Under the pieces are notes generated by a model. It was not told the DNA's origin. It saw only the letters and a list, made by a program, of their open reading frames with translations, and made no database searches. Of a DNA stretch of 64,000 bases, positions 40,101 to 48,783 are shown in pieces. The DNA is from Candidatus Falkowbacteria bacterium (lineage in GTDB: Bacteria > Patescibacteriota > Patescibacteriia > UBA11705 > JABHMO01). Where the stretch lies: NCBI GenBank assembly GCA_018693855.1, contig JABHMO010000043.1:4450-68449 (forward strand), written 5' to 3'. The translations under genes were made by a program, and so were the position numbers. Within the stretch, counting starts at the first letter, position 1. Each line of letters starts with the position of its first letter.

Positions 40101-41364
40101 TATGTGCTTTATCAGCAGAATCAAATTCCAATCGAGAACTTGCAAAATCTGGTGATCCACCAACGCCTGCACCTAAATTTTCTGTTCCAGCTGTTCCGTC
40201 CATCTGAGCATATTTAGAACCATCCCATCTTGTTAAATTTACACTTTCATACAATGTATCACCTGCGTCTTCTTCCCACATTATATACGGATTATCTGAC
40301 AATAAAACTAATCGTTCATTTTGAGTATTCGCAACAGTAGAGATTGAATCATAACCCGCAGTACCATCCATCTTCACCCAAGCTGATCCACTCCACCTTG
40401 AAACAAATAAATTATTAGCGCCTCCATCATTACCTATAACAACTGGGTATGTAGAAGAATTAATTTCAATATCTTCATACATTGCTGCAGCAAAAACAGT
40501 CTCATCTGCGTCAGCACCAGACATATCAACCCACGCTGAACCATTCCATCGTCTAAACTCTGTAGCGCCACCAGTTTCAGTCCAAATAACATACGGTCTA
40601 TTGCTAGCATCTAATTCTAAACCAATCGTACCTGACAAGATTCCCAATCGAACAGAGTCATAACCAGCGGTTCCATCCATTTTCACCCAAGCTGAGCCAC
40701 TCCATCTAGTAAAATAGGCGCCCCAAACACTTGCATTTGAGAAAGCTAGATTCAAATAATTTGATCCATCTAAATACGCATAATCAGCAGGAGAAGAAAC
40801 ACCACTAAAACTTAACTGATCAGTAACATTAGTACTTGATCCAAGATTGCCCCAAGCTGAACCATTCCAATATTTAACATGAACATCCGCACCATCCCAC
40901 CAGACTAGATGAATATTATTACTACCATCAATTAAAAGTTGGACTTGCGAAGCACTTGTAGAAGAAACAACTGTTTCAACTCCGGCCGTTGAGCTATCAG
41001 CCTGTGTCCAAGCAGTACCGTTCCAACGAATCAGATACAGGTCAGATGTAGAATTATCAATAGCCGCTATAACTGGTCGATTATTGCTGTCTAATTCCAT
41101 ATCAACGTATCGCCAATTCGTACCGGCATCAACTTCCCCAGGACCAGTGGATCCATCCGCATCTGCCCAGACAATAGTGTCAAGTTTAGCCGCTCCGCCA
41201 GTATACACAGTGCCTGAATGCGTCAGACTACTAAAATCTTCAGTATAAACATTGTCTCCGGCGAGCACGCCTGAATAATTTAATAAGGCTAGAGTTCCGC
41301 CAAATACAAAAAGTAGCAGAACTGAAAAATATAAAATTCTACGAAATGATTCGTTTTTCAACAT
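31189..41364 (-). CDS. giant multidomain surface protein (W-rich propeller, FG-GAP/VCBS repeats, BNR-like, Fn3-like, DUF11, 16 CSDGxDND repeats, carboxypeptidase-regulatory-like C-terminal domains)
   Basis: ~3390 aa (ATG 41364 or TTG 41376); DxDxDGDLD repeats; PGDLITYTISYSNNG; QCSDGIDNDNDGLIDYPxDPGC x16; TDAQGRYQF and TDSYGRYAF; several TMs. Confidence 0.9.
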   Translation of the reverse strand: MLKNESFRRILYFSVLLLFVFGGTLALLNYSGVLAGDNVYTEDFSSLTHSGTVYTGGAAKLDTIVWADADGSTGPGEVDAGTNWRYVDMELDSNNRPVIAAIDNSTSDLYLIRWNGTAWTQADSSTAGVETVVSSTSASQVQLLIDGSNNIHLVWWDGADVHVKYWNGSAWGNLGSSTNVTDQLSFSGVSSPADYAYLDGSNYLNLAFSNASVWGAYFTRWSGSAWVKMDGTAGYDSVRLGILSGTIGLELDASNRPYVIWTETGGATEFRRWNGSAWVDMSGADADETVFAAAMYEDIEINSSTYPVVIGNDGGANNLFVSRWSGSAWVKMDGTAGYDSISTVANTQNERLVLLSDNPYIMWEEDAGDTLYESVNLTRWDGSKYAQMDGTAGTENLGAGVGGSPDFASSRLEFDSADKAHIYFANEEAAAEGGYYAQWDSGDGRWEDADGTAGIATVGSANNDATEGDLELNGTVPHVLMTTGSFPAGTPYYAYYSGLYASSGTVTLATDANTGGNVVLNATLTGTHVTTGGTITYAMSTNEGLSWDTATSGTLYTFVEKGDELLWRATITSDDGSATPTITGVSIAYNTNSAPGAPTLSLPADAATGVSVNPTFTMSSSDADSDRLWYVLEIGMTDDLLNNIFVFDQREDDYGWSASSYAAAATGSFTLPSEFDLDESKIYYWRARAYDENGLMSAVSGIYSFTVAADSVYEYITHFLSMEDIDLDASDFGGNFGINRVVKLPATNTYAAAVATVGSSNTQKLYVMDANGDEIPDILELTDTGAVFHSNNGSATFSASAVACGSYDAVIFDVDNDGDLDYASGYNDLYLCTNDGTGTFTASASLGTMSSLDGIRGADINNDGYLDVTNGEKMFIHDGTNTLALSATTFGTGIDSNDRFEMFDIDNDGDDDLVYVDWVAGGARTLKPYTNDGSGVFSAAATVAMGAMDDPVVTDFDLDGDKDLIFKPETDGSLTALMNNGAGSFTQLNDLDTGYVCVDTSMVVADIDGDGYEDIFCGSANGTANYVYRHPGKYSFTYAVRGQVEYEEEAVFGTYHGADFVSADFDKDGDSDAVIGANGQNYYYANTANSYSSSNLTAGESVLAVFDSDNDGDMDLYVNNNGAQNELWINDGALSYTQSAVFGTVNAYAVEVADVDNDGLLDVAEVGYGTANTVYLNSGSNTFTGKALGAGTDDSIDVKLADTDGDGDLDVLVANVGDKDELYTNNGSGTFSAVTNPFGTSTYNTGKFDVGDVDGDGDVDVVFPYTDGAVQGAVFTNNGSGTFTGVDTFAVASFVIRLGDLDQDGDLDAVLADNASGAKGNYIYTNNGTGTFTEHLSFSDGTDTRDIHLADDDLDGDLDIFFSNGNASTEADILYRNHGKLNFAYTTIGVAAKSESIITGDYDGDGDLDFYANYPSVAESRRFEHRHTYTAATDYDVITSDVYTDPEELSTITLDKSDYTPTDTTITYYVQDTADASYTFGQEDTTARGVDMNSGEVGAGVSFVLGDSGNNAIKMGGVWGDLAVDEGTSNLMDYWSGDVGGTTYIISVGSDGYIKAVDQTLVTKTDLCNGVVTSATDLSEMGIETTNEHIIYTSGTGGVAAKINLQPADAGSDITLTTCAVVNFGASATAENLNGVWVSEDASAIFFVGDSGTMIASADSGATWGTITTNTSENLNHIEMSNNWFTAVGDNGIIIKSSDGVTWSTISSCSTSENLNWIRNESTTRFLAVGDNETYAHTEDSGTTCTVGTTGVAGATHLNAIDDDEDYIFGDNDIIYSFTYNAGGSSWEEVTPGAEYTFNAGTAVIKAKATMSTTDVNKSPYLNDLSLNYISSAAGWTSPLLAPDSPTNLYGTAQSESSILWTWSYSNNDDYPDTFEFWSEDEGAEDPIVDSLSDKAYEEVDLFPNTGYRREVYSVNDLGRAEPPATLVEGLSIYTHAAVPEFVSHSQLSDNSISLQIDANGNPAYTKYAIWSLSEGEVGWLQADAFLGEEPVYQSYGDWGDGGIVMDGLVLDQLYTFKLKAINENDETTFLSEAYNVTLESLPEGSPAFVLTKSADVSSGGFETSFISFGTTAHAGDNFHLMNAVKSTSAWTDKFLIGLALVLLVVLLSIIINGSEKLMIRLKCVPKMIFTDFRSRKTEDVYKLINNIDEPTDSSRFKAHSKFYRFFRILMAGLWGGVALKLIAGIAFFGLLYLNIGYDVTATGEAQPGDLITYTISYSNNGDAAAAGVVISDTVPQYTQYSSGSIYVNGASQTDVLDSDYGSYSSSVVTANLGTVEVGESGTVSFSATVVGVPKQVISNYASLNYDGAEALIYSNTVSNTIMGSEDVPACSDKIDNDADGLIDYPDDPGCDGLDDSSEINVSLTQCSDGLDNDSDGLIDLLDPGCSSSSDNDETNLLITQCSDGLDNDSDSLIDYPNDPGCINASDNSEVDPIDAVACSDKLDNDNDGLIDYPADPGCSSSSDTSETDYIIYQCNDGIDNDNDGFIDLLDPGCSDETDNDEVNDTVTQCSDGIDNDLDGLIDYPFDPGCVSPQHDDELNIKATHCSDGIDNDNDNLVDLADPGCSDAADDTEENELLTACSDSVDNDADGLIDMSDPGCTSAADDDEYNLVLSQCSDGVDNDNDGKVDLFDPGCDSSSDNDETDHGLTQCSDVIDNDSDQYIDYPFDPGCVAAGDNDELNAILTSCSDFIDNDGDGLIDYPNDPGCQNAADTSEVDSEYIYQCNDGIDNDENGLIDYPLDPGCVSASDNDEFTGFETGLACSDLFDNDGDGLIDFPEDPGCLSASDYDEEDYSLAVYFQCNDGIDNDSDGFVDYPTDPDCDSLDDDNESTQGGSILPQCSDGIDNDGDGLVDYPADLDCDDYVDETESADVVIGNKRTQCNDYIDNDNDGTTDLDDIDCESIADNSETSCSNNALIQSIREKEEWERTDDERTYEKLCGVEELTSGVTTVLGIDNKEVKKVVRRVSKTVKDVQKATIDHPAIEKLNHVVKEEIMAVVTATSVASLATIGVTSASGATVLSYLNFIFTQPLIVLFSRRRKKTWGVVYNSVTKRSVDLAVVRVYRSDSNRLVRTKVTDAQGRYQFILKPGKYYITVDKKGFKYPSNILRKAEVDGKFHDVYYGDDFEITQENTSFVSPIAVDPSQEKKTSSMIVKLYFIRKGQQVLTMAGPIVAVVSFVINPAAWVGGTALAHIGMYIIFNRLAFTSKPKSFGVIRDSKTRDRLGTVVLRVFDTKYNKLLDSQVTDSYGRYAFLVGNSEYYVTAEKVGYYPKRTPVINLEHELSGYLAEDLFLHPHGLGEDVEQAQKIGAPVTMRSTLGREEEKLVDGKQKQTRRHAEKHEEDIKGVDLDELHEDFYNIESVKLKKKNDIDEGEIETTDDSDNTNLETDQNN

Positions 41365-41519
41365 AAGAAAATTCAATACTTTTTGACAAAGTATTTTTGT
41401 TAAATTTATGCTTTAATTATACCATAAAAGGGACTCTGCGTCCCTAGTAGTTATCAACATTTTTAGCACGTAACACGTAGCACGTATCACATAGCAGAAA
41501 TTGTAAAACAAATATTAGA

Positions 41520-42335
41520 TTAAGAGTCGTTTTTTCTAAAATGCCTAGCAAATAAAAACACCATCCCTGACATTATAATTACGACAGAAAAAAGCTGCGC
41601 CCATCGAATACCAAACAATTCTGGACTTGAGTCTGTACGTAGAAATTCTAAACTGAAACGTAGTATTGAGTATAAGATTAAGTAGGATAAAAATACGGAG
41701 CCACCTTTGACATTTGACATTTGACCTTTGACAAATCGCAAGAAGAAAAACAGAAGCAAGTCAAAAATCACCAAATTGCCAAGTGATTCATAAATAAACG
41801 TTGGATGAAAATATTCGGAATTCAAATATTCAGCTGGTCGATTAAGAGATTCAATTGGGATTCCCCAAGGTAAATCAGTTGGTTTACCGAAAATTTCTTG
41901 ATTAAAGTAATTACCTATTCGGCCAAAGACCTGAGCAGAGACTAATCCGATCACAGCTAAATCTGCGATTTTCCAAAAATTTATTCTCTTAACTTTGCAC
42001 ATTAACAAAGTTGCGATAAATCCACCAATCATCACACCATGGACGGCCAGTCCCCCATTCCAAATTTTGAATATATCTAATAAATTGTCCTGATAAAACG
42101 ACCACGAATACAAAACGTAATAGATTCGTGCTCCAATAACTGCGCCAACCGAAAACCAGATCAGCAACGCTTCAATAACCTTTTTATCGACTTGATACAG
42201 TTTCGCCAGTTTCAAAACGATAAAATACCCAATCAAACCACCAATCACCATCAAAAAGGCGTACCAATGAATCTCAAAAGGCCCGACTGAGAATAGGATT
42301 GATTGAGGGATGTAGTTGTGGAAGAAGTTAAACAT
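41520..42335 (-). CDS. lgt: prolipoprotein diacylglyceryl transferase
   Basis: IHWY, IGARIYYV, IWNGGLAVHG, GRIGNYFNQEIFG, HPTFIYES, RFSLEFLR. Confidence 0.96.
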   Translation of the reverse strand: MFNFFHNYIPQSILFSVGPFEIHWYAFLMVIGGLIGYFIVLKLAKLYQVDKKVIEALLIWFSVGAVIGARIYYVLYSWSFYQDNLLDIFKIWNGGLAVHGVMIGGFIATLLMCKVKRINFWKIADLAVIGLVSAQVFGRIGNYFNQEIFGKPTDLPWGIPIESLNRPAEYLNSEYFHPTFIYESLGNLVIFDLLLFFFLRFVKGQMSNVKGGSVFLSYLILYSILRFSLEFLRTDSSPELFGIRWAQLFSVVIIMSGMVFLFARHFRKNDS

Positions 42336-42452
42336 AGAGCAGAAAAGAGAAGATAGAAGTTAGAGAGTAAAAACTGCATCATTAATTTTATTATAGTCTA
42401 TAAAAATAAAAAATCCCAGACCGAGAGCCCAGAATTTAGGAGAATTGATTCA

Positions 42453-42707
42453 TCAGGCGCGCCCCTGACCTCGTCCCATATTATGGAACTTCTGAAGTGA
42501 CAGTTGCTTCAGTCGACCGAGATCACCTCGACGACTTTGCGTGATTGTTTTTTTCCTAGGACCATCTACTAAAACGACTTTGAGACCACCTTGACTCCCA
42601 CTCGGTCCACAAGGACAGACGTTTAGTTCTTCACCAGGATGCAGGAATTCAGCCATTTCCCGGAGAAAGGTTTCCTCTTCGGAAGTCAATTGGATCGGTG
42701 TCGGCAT
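42453..42707 (-). CDS. small hypothetical protein
   Basis: AAGGAG RBS; TTGACG-17-TATACT promoter. Confidence 0.65.
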   Translation of the reverse strand: MPTPIQLTSEEETFLREMAEFLHPGEELNVCPCGPSGSQGGLKVVLVDGPRKKTITQSRRGDLGRLKQLSLQKFHNMGRGQGRA

Positions 42708-42950
42708 GTTGCGCTCCTTGCTTTAGTCGGAAATAAGACAACAGCTTTACAAACGTCACTCCCTGCTCATCAGGAGGTAACTTAATCAGTATACAAATTA
42801 TATTTTCTTGCGTCAAGTCCTACTTGTTTAAAACAAAACAGCCACATAAATGCGGCAGTTTTGTCTCTCTTTAGGTTTTGTCTTTTTAGCTTTTGCTAAA
42901 AAATTTCATATATTAAACCCATCTTCGTAAACGAAAGTGGAATTCAATTT

Positions 42951-43316
42951 TTATTTCTTTCCTTTTTTCTTTACAACTTTTTTCGCAACGACTTTCTTTG
43001 TTCTTTTCTTTACTTCCTTTTCAATATCTTTGTACCGTTCTTTTAATTCATCACCAATCTCTTTCCAGACTTCTGGTTTCAATAGATCATTCTTTGAATA
43101 TTTTTTAATAATCTTTTCAACAATTGCATTATACTCCTTTTTACTAAATTTTTTCAACTTAGCTGTTTCCTTAACAAGGTCTTCACTTACTTTTTTTGTA
43201 ACTTTTTTGAATTTATCACGGTTATTTTTTCCTGTTGTTGGATTAAAGAATAAACCAACCGCACCTGCTAACAACGCACCTAATGCTAAACCGCCTAAAA
43301 AATTTTTTGATTTCAT
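42951..43316 (-). CDS. YtxH-like domain protein
   Basis: FLGGLALGALLAGAVGLFFNPTTGKNNRDK. Confidence 0.8.
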   Translation of the reverse strand: MKSKNFLGGLALGALLAGAVGLFFNPTTGKNNRDKFKKVTKKVSEDLVKETAKLKKFSKKEYNAIVEKIIKKYSKNDLLKPEVWKEIGDELKERYKDIEKEVKKRTKKVVAKKVVKKKGKK

Positions 43317-43591
43317 ATAATTAAAAAATATCTGCTTAGTTTCTAGCTATTCACATTATAACAATTTTTTAATATTGATTGAATGGGTTTATCCACATTT
43401 TCACGTAGCACGTAACACGTAACGCATAACATGTAACAATAATCGCAAAAATCACATTATTCACACCCAAACGTCCCTAATTACGAGTTGCTAATTACAA
43501 TTTACTATGCCCCTTGCCAAATATTTAATATCATGCTATCATTGTGGACATATTATAAACAATAAATTTATTCGAAATTTACTTGATCTGT

Positions 43592-43870
43592 ATGAAAAAA
43601 GACACTCATCCAAAATATAGTGCTAAAGCAAAAGTTATCTGCGCCTGCGGTAACGAAATTGTTGTTGGTTCAACAATGCCAGAAATAAAAACTGAGCTTT
43701 GTAGCGAATGTCATCCTTTCTACACAGGAGAACAACGACTAGTTGATACAGCGCGGCGTGTTGAAAAATACGAAGAAAAGCTTGCTAGAACAAAAACAGT
43801 TGCTCCAACCAGAAAAGGAAAAACAGCAAAACGAAAAGCAAAAGCTGAAGCAAAAAAAGCCGACAAATAA
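43592..43870 (+). CDS. rpmE: 50S ribosomal protein L31 (Zn-type)
   Basis: MKKDTHPKY...CACG...CSECHPFYTG...VDTARRVEK. Confidence 0.96.
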   Translation: MKKDTHPKYSAKAKVICACGNEIVVGSTMPEIKTELCSECHPFYTGEQRLVDTARRVEKYEEKLARTKTVAPTRKGKTAKRKAKAEAKKADK

Positions 43871-43934
43871 CTACTTCAATATAAAAGGTTCCTCCATTTT
43901 AATTTACTAAAGAGGAACTTTTTTGATATACTAA

Positions 43935-44140
43935 TAGCGCGATGCTAATCCACTAATACATGCGAATGATGCGAAAATTGCTGAGATGCTAATTTGCGAA
44001 TTACGCGAATACTACAAATAGTTACTATTCGCGTAATTCGTAAATTAGCATGGCGAAGCGTTCGCCCGCCTGCAACGCTGTAGCACTGCGGGCAGGCAGC
44101 ATCCTTACATTATTCGCAAAATCCGCATATTCGCATCGGT
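43935..44140. repeat. inverted CGAAT array pair with nested REP-like palindrome (44064-44096)
   Basis: cgatgctaatccac shared with 23889; gcatggcgaagcgttcg is the reverse complement of ~23918. Confidence 0.7.
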
Positions 44141-44148
44141 TTATATAT

Positions 44149-45204
44149 ATGCAAGATAAAATAAACAACCTAAAATTAAAGTTCAACGAGCTGGAGGAGA
44201 AACTTCAGGATATTTCGGTTACGTCTGATCCGGATAAGTTGAAACTGGTTTCGAGTGAACATGCTGAGATGCAGGGGACAATTGATATTATTGATAATTA
44301 CGAAAAAATAGATGAAGCACTAAGACAGGCAATTGAGACTGCGGGAAATGCAGATGATAAAGAGTTTGCTGAATTAGCGAAGAGTGAAATAGAGGCACTG
44401 GAACCAAAGTTCAAAAAACTAGAAGAACAGTTAAAAAAGGAACTTTCACCGAAAGATCCTCGAGATAAAAAGGATGTAATTGTTGAAATTCGAGCTGGAA
44501 CTGGCGGTGATGAATCTGCACTTTTCGCAGCTGAGCTTTTTCGAATGTATTCAAAATTCGCAGAAACGAACAGTTGGAAAGTTAAGATTCTAACTAGTAA
44601 TCAAATTGGGATTGGTGGATTCAAAGAAATTGTTTTTGAAGTAAAAGGATTGAATGCATTTGCAAACCTTAAATTCGAACGAGGAACTCATAGAGTTCAA
44701 CGTGTTCCTGAGACAGAAAAGCAAGGTCGAGTTCATACTTCAGCAGTAACAGTTGCCGTACTTCCAGAAGTTGAAGAGGTTGACTTGAAGATCGACCCAA
44801 ACGATCTTCGAATTGATACTTTTTGCGCTGGTGGACATGGTGGTCAAGGTGTAAACACAACTTACAGCGCAGTTAGAATAACTCATTTACCGACCAATAC
44901 GGTTGTTTCTTGTCAGGATGAGCGAAGTCAGATGCAAAACAAAGAAAAAGCCATGCAAGTCCTTCGTTCTCGTGTCATGGAAACAATCGAAGCTAAAAAA
45001 CAAAAAGAACTTGGCGCTGAGAGAAAAGCTCAAGTTGGGACTGGTGACAGAAGTGAAAAGATTCGAACCTACAACTTTCCTCAAGATAGAATAACTGATC
45101 ACAGAATCAAACAAAGTTGGAATAACATCGCGACGATTCTTGACGGTGGTATTGAAAAAGTTATTGAAGCGTTGAAAGAAGAAGAATTTAAACTGAACAA
45201 TTAA
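44149..45204 (+). CDS. prfA: peptide chain release factor 1
   Basis: [18 protein letters not shown] (PxT), [15 protein letters not shown]; start 44149. Confidence 0.97.
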   Translation: MQDKINNLKLKFNELEEKLQDISVTSDPDKLKLVSSEHAEMQGTIDIIDNYEKIDEALRQAIETAGNADDKEFAELAKSEIEALEPKFKKLEEQLKKELSPKDPRDKKDVIVEIRAGTGGDESALFAAELFRMYSKFAETNSWKVKILTSNQIGIGGFKEIVFEVKGLNAFANLKFERGTHRVQRVPETEKQGRVHTSAVTVAVLPEVEEVDLKIDPNDLRIDTFCAGGHGGQGVNTTYSAVRITHLPTNTVVSCQDERSQMQNKEKAMQVLRSRVMETIEAKKQKELGAERKAQVGTGDRSEKIRTYNFPQDRITDHRIKQSWNNIATILDGGIEKVIEALKEEEFKLNN

Positions 45205-45207
45205 CAA

Positions 45208-46071
45208 ATGACAATAAAACAATCACTTCAATACTCAAACAAAAGAACCTCCGCTCGATTAGACGCAGAGGTTATTTTAAGTTTTGTAATTAATAAACCT
45301 AAAGAATTTCTATATACATATCCTGAATTTGAATTAACAAAATCGCAGGAAAAAAAGTTTAAAGAATTAGTCAAACGAAGAGCCAAGGGAGAGCCTGTTG
45401 CTTATTTAATCGGGAAGAAGGAGTTTTATGGTCGTGAGTTCTTTATTAATAAGGACGTGCTTGTTCCACGACCAGAGACTGAAGTAATCGTTGAGACGGT
45501 ACTGGATTCCTGCCTTCGCAGGAATGACGAAAGGAAGAGCAGGAATGACGGTGATAAAATAGTCGCAGAAATCGGGACAGGGTCAAGTTGTCTTGCGACA
45601 ACTTTAGCGAAAGAAATTCCAGAGATAAAAATCATTGCTACAGATATTTGTGAAAAAGCGTTGAAGGTTGCGAAAAGGAATGCCAAAGAACACAAAGTTT
45701 TATCGAAAATTAAATTTTATAAGGGCAGCCTGCTTGAACCAATTAAGAATAAAAGAATTAACATCCTAGTAGCCAACCTACCGTACGGATGGCAAGAATG
45801 GAAGAATAATTGCAGCATGGAAACAGTCGGACTAAAATTCGAACCAGCAAAAGCACTTTTCACTGATGAGAAAGGATTAAAACTTTACAGAGAACTACTT
45901 GAACAGATTGCTAACAAAAAACATCAACCAAAACTAATACTGTTTGAGATAGATCCTAGACAAAAAGATACTATTAAAAAACTTATTAAAAAGATACTGC
46001 CCAACTCCAAAATTACTTTTATTAAAGATTTAGCATATAAAACCAGAGTTGTAAAAATCGAAAACCACTAA
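45208..46071 (+). CDS. prmC: release factor glutamine methyltransferase
   Basis: GEPVAYL, VLVPRPETE, IGTGS, ANLPY; follows prfA. Confidence 0.93.
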   Translation: MTIKQSLQYSNKRTSARLDAEVILSFVINKPKEFLYTYPEFELTKSQEKKFKELVKRRAKGEPVAYLIGKKEFYGREFFINKDVLVPRPETEVIVETVLDSCLRRNDERKSRNDGDKIVAEIGTGSSCLATTLAKEIPEIKIIATDICEKALKVAKRNAKEHKVLSKIKFYKGSLLEPIKNKRINILVANLPYGWQEWKNNCSMETVGLKFEPAKALFTDEKGLKLYRELLEQIANKKHQPKLILFEIDPRQKDTIKKLIKKILPNSKITFIKDLAYKTRVVKIENH

Positions 46072-46120
46072 GCACGATGACTTAGTGGTTTCTTTTTTTG
46101 TTCTGCTGCCTCCGCTGTCA

Positions 46121-46306
46121 CTACTGTTCGTAGTATGCATCCATCGCTTGGCGCATTTGATCATTGCTGGACTCACCAGGTGTGCTTATACCACAATCAG
46201 CATTCGCACAAACAGTAACGGTTCCCATACCGGGCTCGCCCTCGGGAAAGGTCGTCTGCGACATCTTGCCACAGTTCGGGCACTCAACAAATTGTATCTC
46301 CGCCAT
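46121..46306 (-). CDS. small zinc-ribbon protein (61 aa)
   Basis: GAGGAG RBS; CPNCG...CANADCG; TTGACA-17-TATGAT promoter. Confidence 0.7.
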   Translation of the reverse strand: MAEIQFVECPNCGKMSQTTFPEGEPGMGTVTVCANADCGISTPGESSNDQMRQAMDAYYEQ

Positions 46307-46428
46307 GAGAAACGTCTCCTCTGTTAGGTTGTGGAACAAATTGATATTAAATCATAACAGATAAAAAATAATCTGTCAATTAGAAAGAAGGTTAAATCGC
46401 TAAACTTGAACAAGAAAACAACTTCTTT

Positions 46429-46827
46429 TTATTTTACTACTATATTTTTACGAGTTTTTAAAAGTTCTAAATCACTATGATTACACTGACCGCGACAGTC
46501 AATTTTGGCGATATATTCAGACTGTTCATCTGTGATTATTTCTACAAAAAGATCTTTTATGGAATCATAGTTCTGTAGATCTGATTGAATTGCGAGAAGA
46601 GTTTCATTGCCAGACTCTTTTTTATAATAATTAGAAAAATAAATCGTTGATAAACTCTGCGGTTTAACTAACGGTAAATCAAAATCAGAAAGATTAACTT
46701 CGATTGGATCAGTTAAATTTACTCCGTTCAATCGATTATATCCATAAATTGCGAAACCTGATCCGAAGATTACAATGATTAATAAAAGACCGATTGTGTC
46801 TTTGTTTTTATTGAAATAGCTAAACAT
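46429..46827 (-). CDS. hypothetical protein with N-terminal TM
   Basis: ORF track; probable start MFSYF. Confidence 0.6.
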   Translation of the reverse strand: MFSYFNKNKDTIGLLLIIVIFGSGFAIYGYNRLNGVNLTDPIEVNLSDFDLPLVKPQSLSTIYFSNYYKKESGNETLLAIQSDLQNYDSIKDLFVEIITDEQSEYIAKIDCRGQCNHSDLELLKTRKNIVVK

Positions 46828-46908
46828 ATAAAAGCATAATATCACAAATTAAGTTGATTAAAAACTAGGCTTTACGAAAATTGAGAATTCTGCTATTCTA
46901 TTATTCAT

Positions 46909-48666
46909 ATGTCGACCTTACTGCAGATTACAAATTTAAGCAAAGCCTACGGACCTCATGTCATTTTGGATAAGGTTAATCTTAATATTATCGAAAAACA
47001 AAAAATCGGAGTTTTTGGTAGAAATGGTGCAGGAAAATCAACATTATTCAAAATCATCATAGGCGAAGAAGAGTTCGATTCAGGGACTGTAAACATTCAC
47101 GATATTGCAAGATTGGGTTACCTCGAACAAAATGATCCATTCGAAGAGGATGAAATTGTGATGGATTTCTTACAAAGATACTCAGAAAAAGAAGAATGGC
47201 GCTGCGCAAAAGTTGCCAGCCAGTTTCAACTCAACAGAGATCAACTTTATAATCCTGTTACTGACCTGTCAGGTGGATATCAGATGAGAGTCAAGCTAAG
47301 TGCCATGTTACTAAAAGAACCTAACTTACTACTTCTTGATGAGCCAACAAACTACCTTGATCTGAAAACTTTGATTCTATTAGAAAAGTTTTTACAATCA
47401 TATAACTCAGCTTTTCTAATTATTTCACATGACCGTGAATTCTTGAAGAATACTTGTAATGAAACACTTGAAGTTGATCAAGGTGATTTAGTCCTTTACC
47501 CAAGACCAATCGAAGAGTATCTAGAATTTAAACAAGAGCAAACTAGAACAAAACAAGCATACAATAAAAAAGTCGGAAAACAACAACAACATTTACAAAA
47601 ATTCGTTGATCGATTCCGATACCAAGCATCAAAAGCTTCGCAGGCTCAAAACAAAATTAAACAGATCGACAGACTAAACACAGTCAATATCAAAATGCCT
47701 GAGAAAACTGCTAGAATTCACATCCCTACAATTGAGGATAAAAAAGGGCTGGCTATCCGAATCGAAGAACTTTCAATCGGATACAGCGATAAAACCGTTG
47801 CAACTGAGATCACTCACGATATAGAAAGAGGTGAACATATTGCGATTGTTGGTGATAATGGTCAAGGTAAATCAACTTATATCAAAACGATTATTGGCGA
47901 GATAGATTCACTATCAGGACAAGCTCGTTTCATGCCAAATATTAGAGTTGGTTACTACGCACAACATCTTCATGCAATGTTGAATAGTTCAGAATCAGTT
48001 GAACAGTATTTAGAAAGAGTTGCTGGACACGGAGTTTCACGTGAAGAAATTTTAGCAACCGCAGGATCATTTTTATTTGACAGTGATGGGATAAGTAAAA
48101 CTATTCAGATTCTAAGTGGTGGAGAAAAAGCTAGACTTTGTTTAGCTGGACTTTTATTACAAAAAAACAACTTCCTTGTTTTAGATGAACCAACAAATCA
48201 TCTTGATTTTGAAACAGTTGAAGCGCTAGGTAATTCGCTTAGTCAGTTTAATGGAACAATCTTGTTCATCAGTCACAACCGTACTTTTGTAAATATGATC
48301 GCAACGGCTGTTATTGAAGTGAAGAATGGATCAGTAAAACGGTACAACAATTCATACGAAGAGTATGTTGCTAGCTTGTCTGAACCTGAGAATGACACAG
48401 AAAGTTCATCGAAAAATACAACTAGAATAAAAATCCAGTCTCAAAAAGACCAAATTAAAAAGTTCAAACAACAGATAAGTAAACTGGATAAAAAAGTACA
48501 ACAATACGAAGAAGAGAAAACAAAACTACACAAATACTTCGAGAACAACCCAGTTAACTATTCTCAAAAAAAAGCTGAGCGCCTTACTCAGATAGAAAGA
48601 TTGATTAAGAGGTATGAGAATGAGTGGATGGAAGTTGAAGAGGAGATTCAAAAGTTAGAGGGTTAA
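46909..48666 (+). CDS. ABC-F family ATP-binding protein
   Basis: Two NBDs (GRNGAGKST, LLLDEPTNYLD; GDNGQGKST, LDEPTNHLD), linker, C-terminal coiled coil, no TM. Confidence 0.95.
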   Translation: MSTLLQITNLSKAYGPHVILDKVNLNIIEKQKIGVFGRNGAGKSTLFKIIIGEEEFDSGTVNIHDIARLGYLEQNDPFEEDEIVMDFLQRYSEKEEWRCAKVASQFQLNRDQLYNPVTDLSGGYQMRVKLSAMLLKEPNLLLLDEPTNYLDLKTLILLEKFLQSYNSAFLIISHDREFLKNTCNETLEVDQGDLVLYPRPIEEYLEFKQEQTRTKQAYNKKVGKQQQHLQKFVDRFRYQASKASQAQNKIKQIDRLNTVNIKMPEKTARIHIPTIEDKKGLAIRIEELSIGYSDKTVATEITHDIERGEHIAIVGDNGQGKSTYIKTIIGEIDSLSGQARFMPNIRVGYYAQHLHAMLNSSESVEQYLERVAGHGVSREEILATAGSFLFDSDGISKTIQILSGGEKARLCLAGLLLQKNNFLVLDEPTNHLDFETVEALGNSLSQFNGTILFISHNRTFVNMIATAVIEVKNGSVKRYNNSYEEYVASLSEPENDTESSSKNTTRIKIQSQKDQIKKFKQQISKLDKKVQQYEEEKTKLHKYFENNPVNYSQKKAERLTQIERLIKRYENEWMEVEEEIQKLEG

Positions 48667-48783
48667 AACCGCTTTCTGATTGGCCAAACTCCGGCATTCT
48701 CTTCGAGAGCCTTGAGCTCCTCAGAGCCGAAAGGCGCCGGAGTAACGTATAATTAGATGAGGCGGTTTTTTGGTTCTTCAAAT

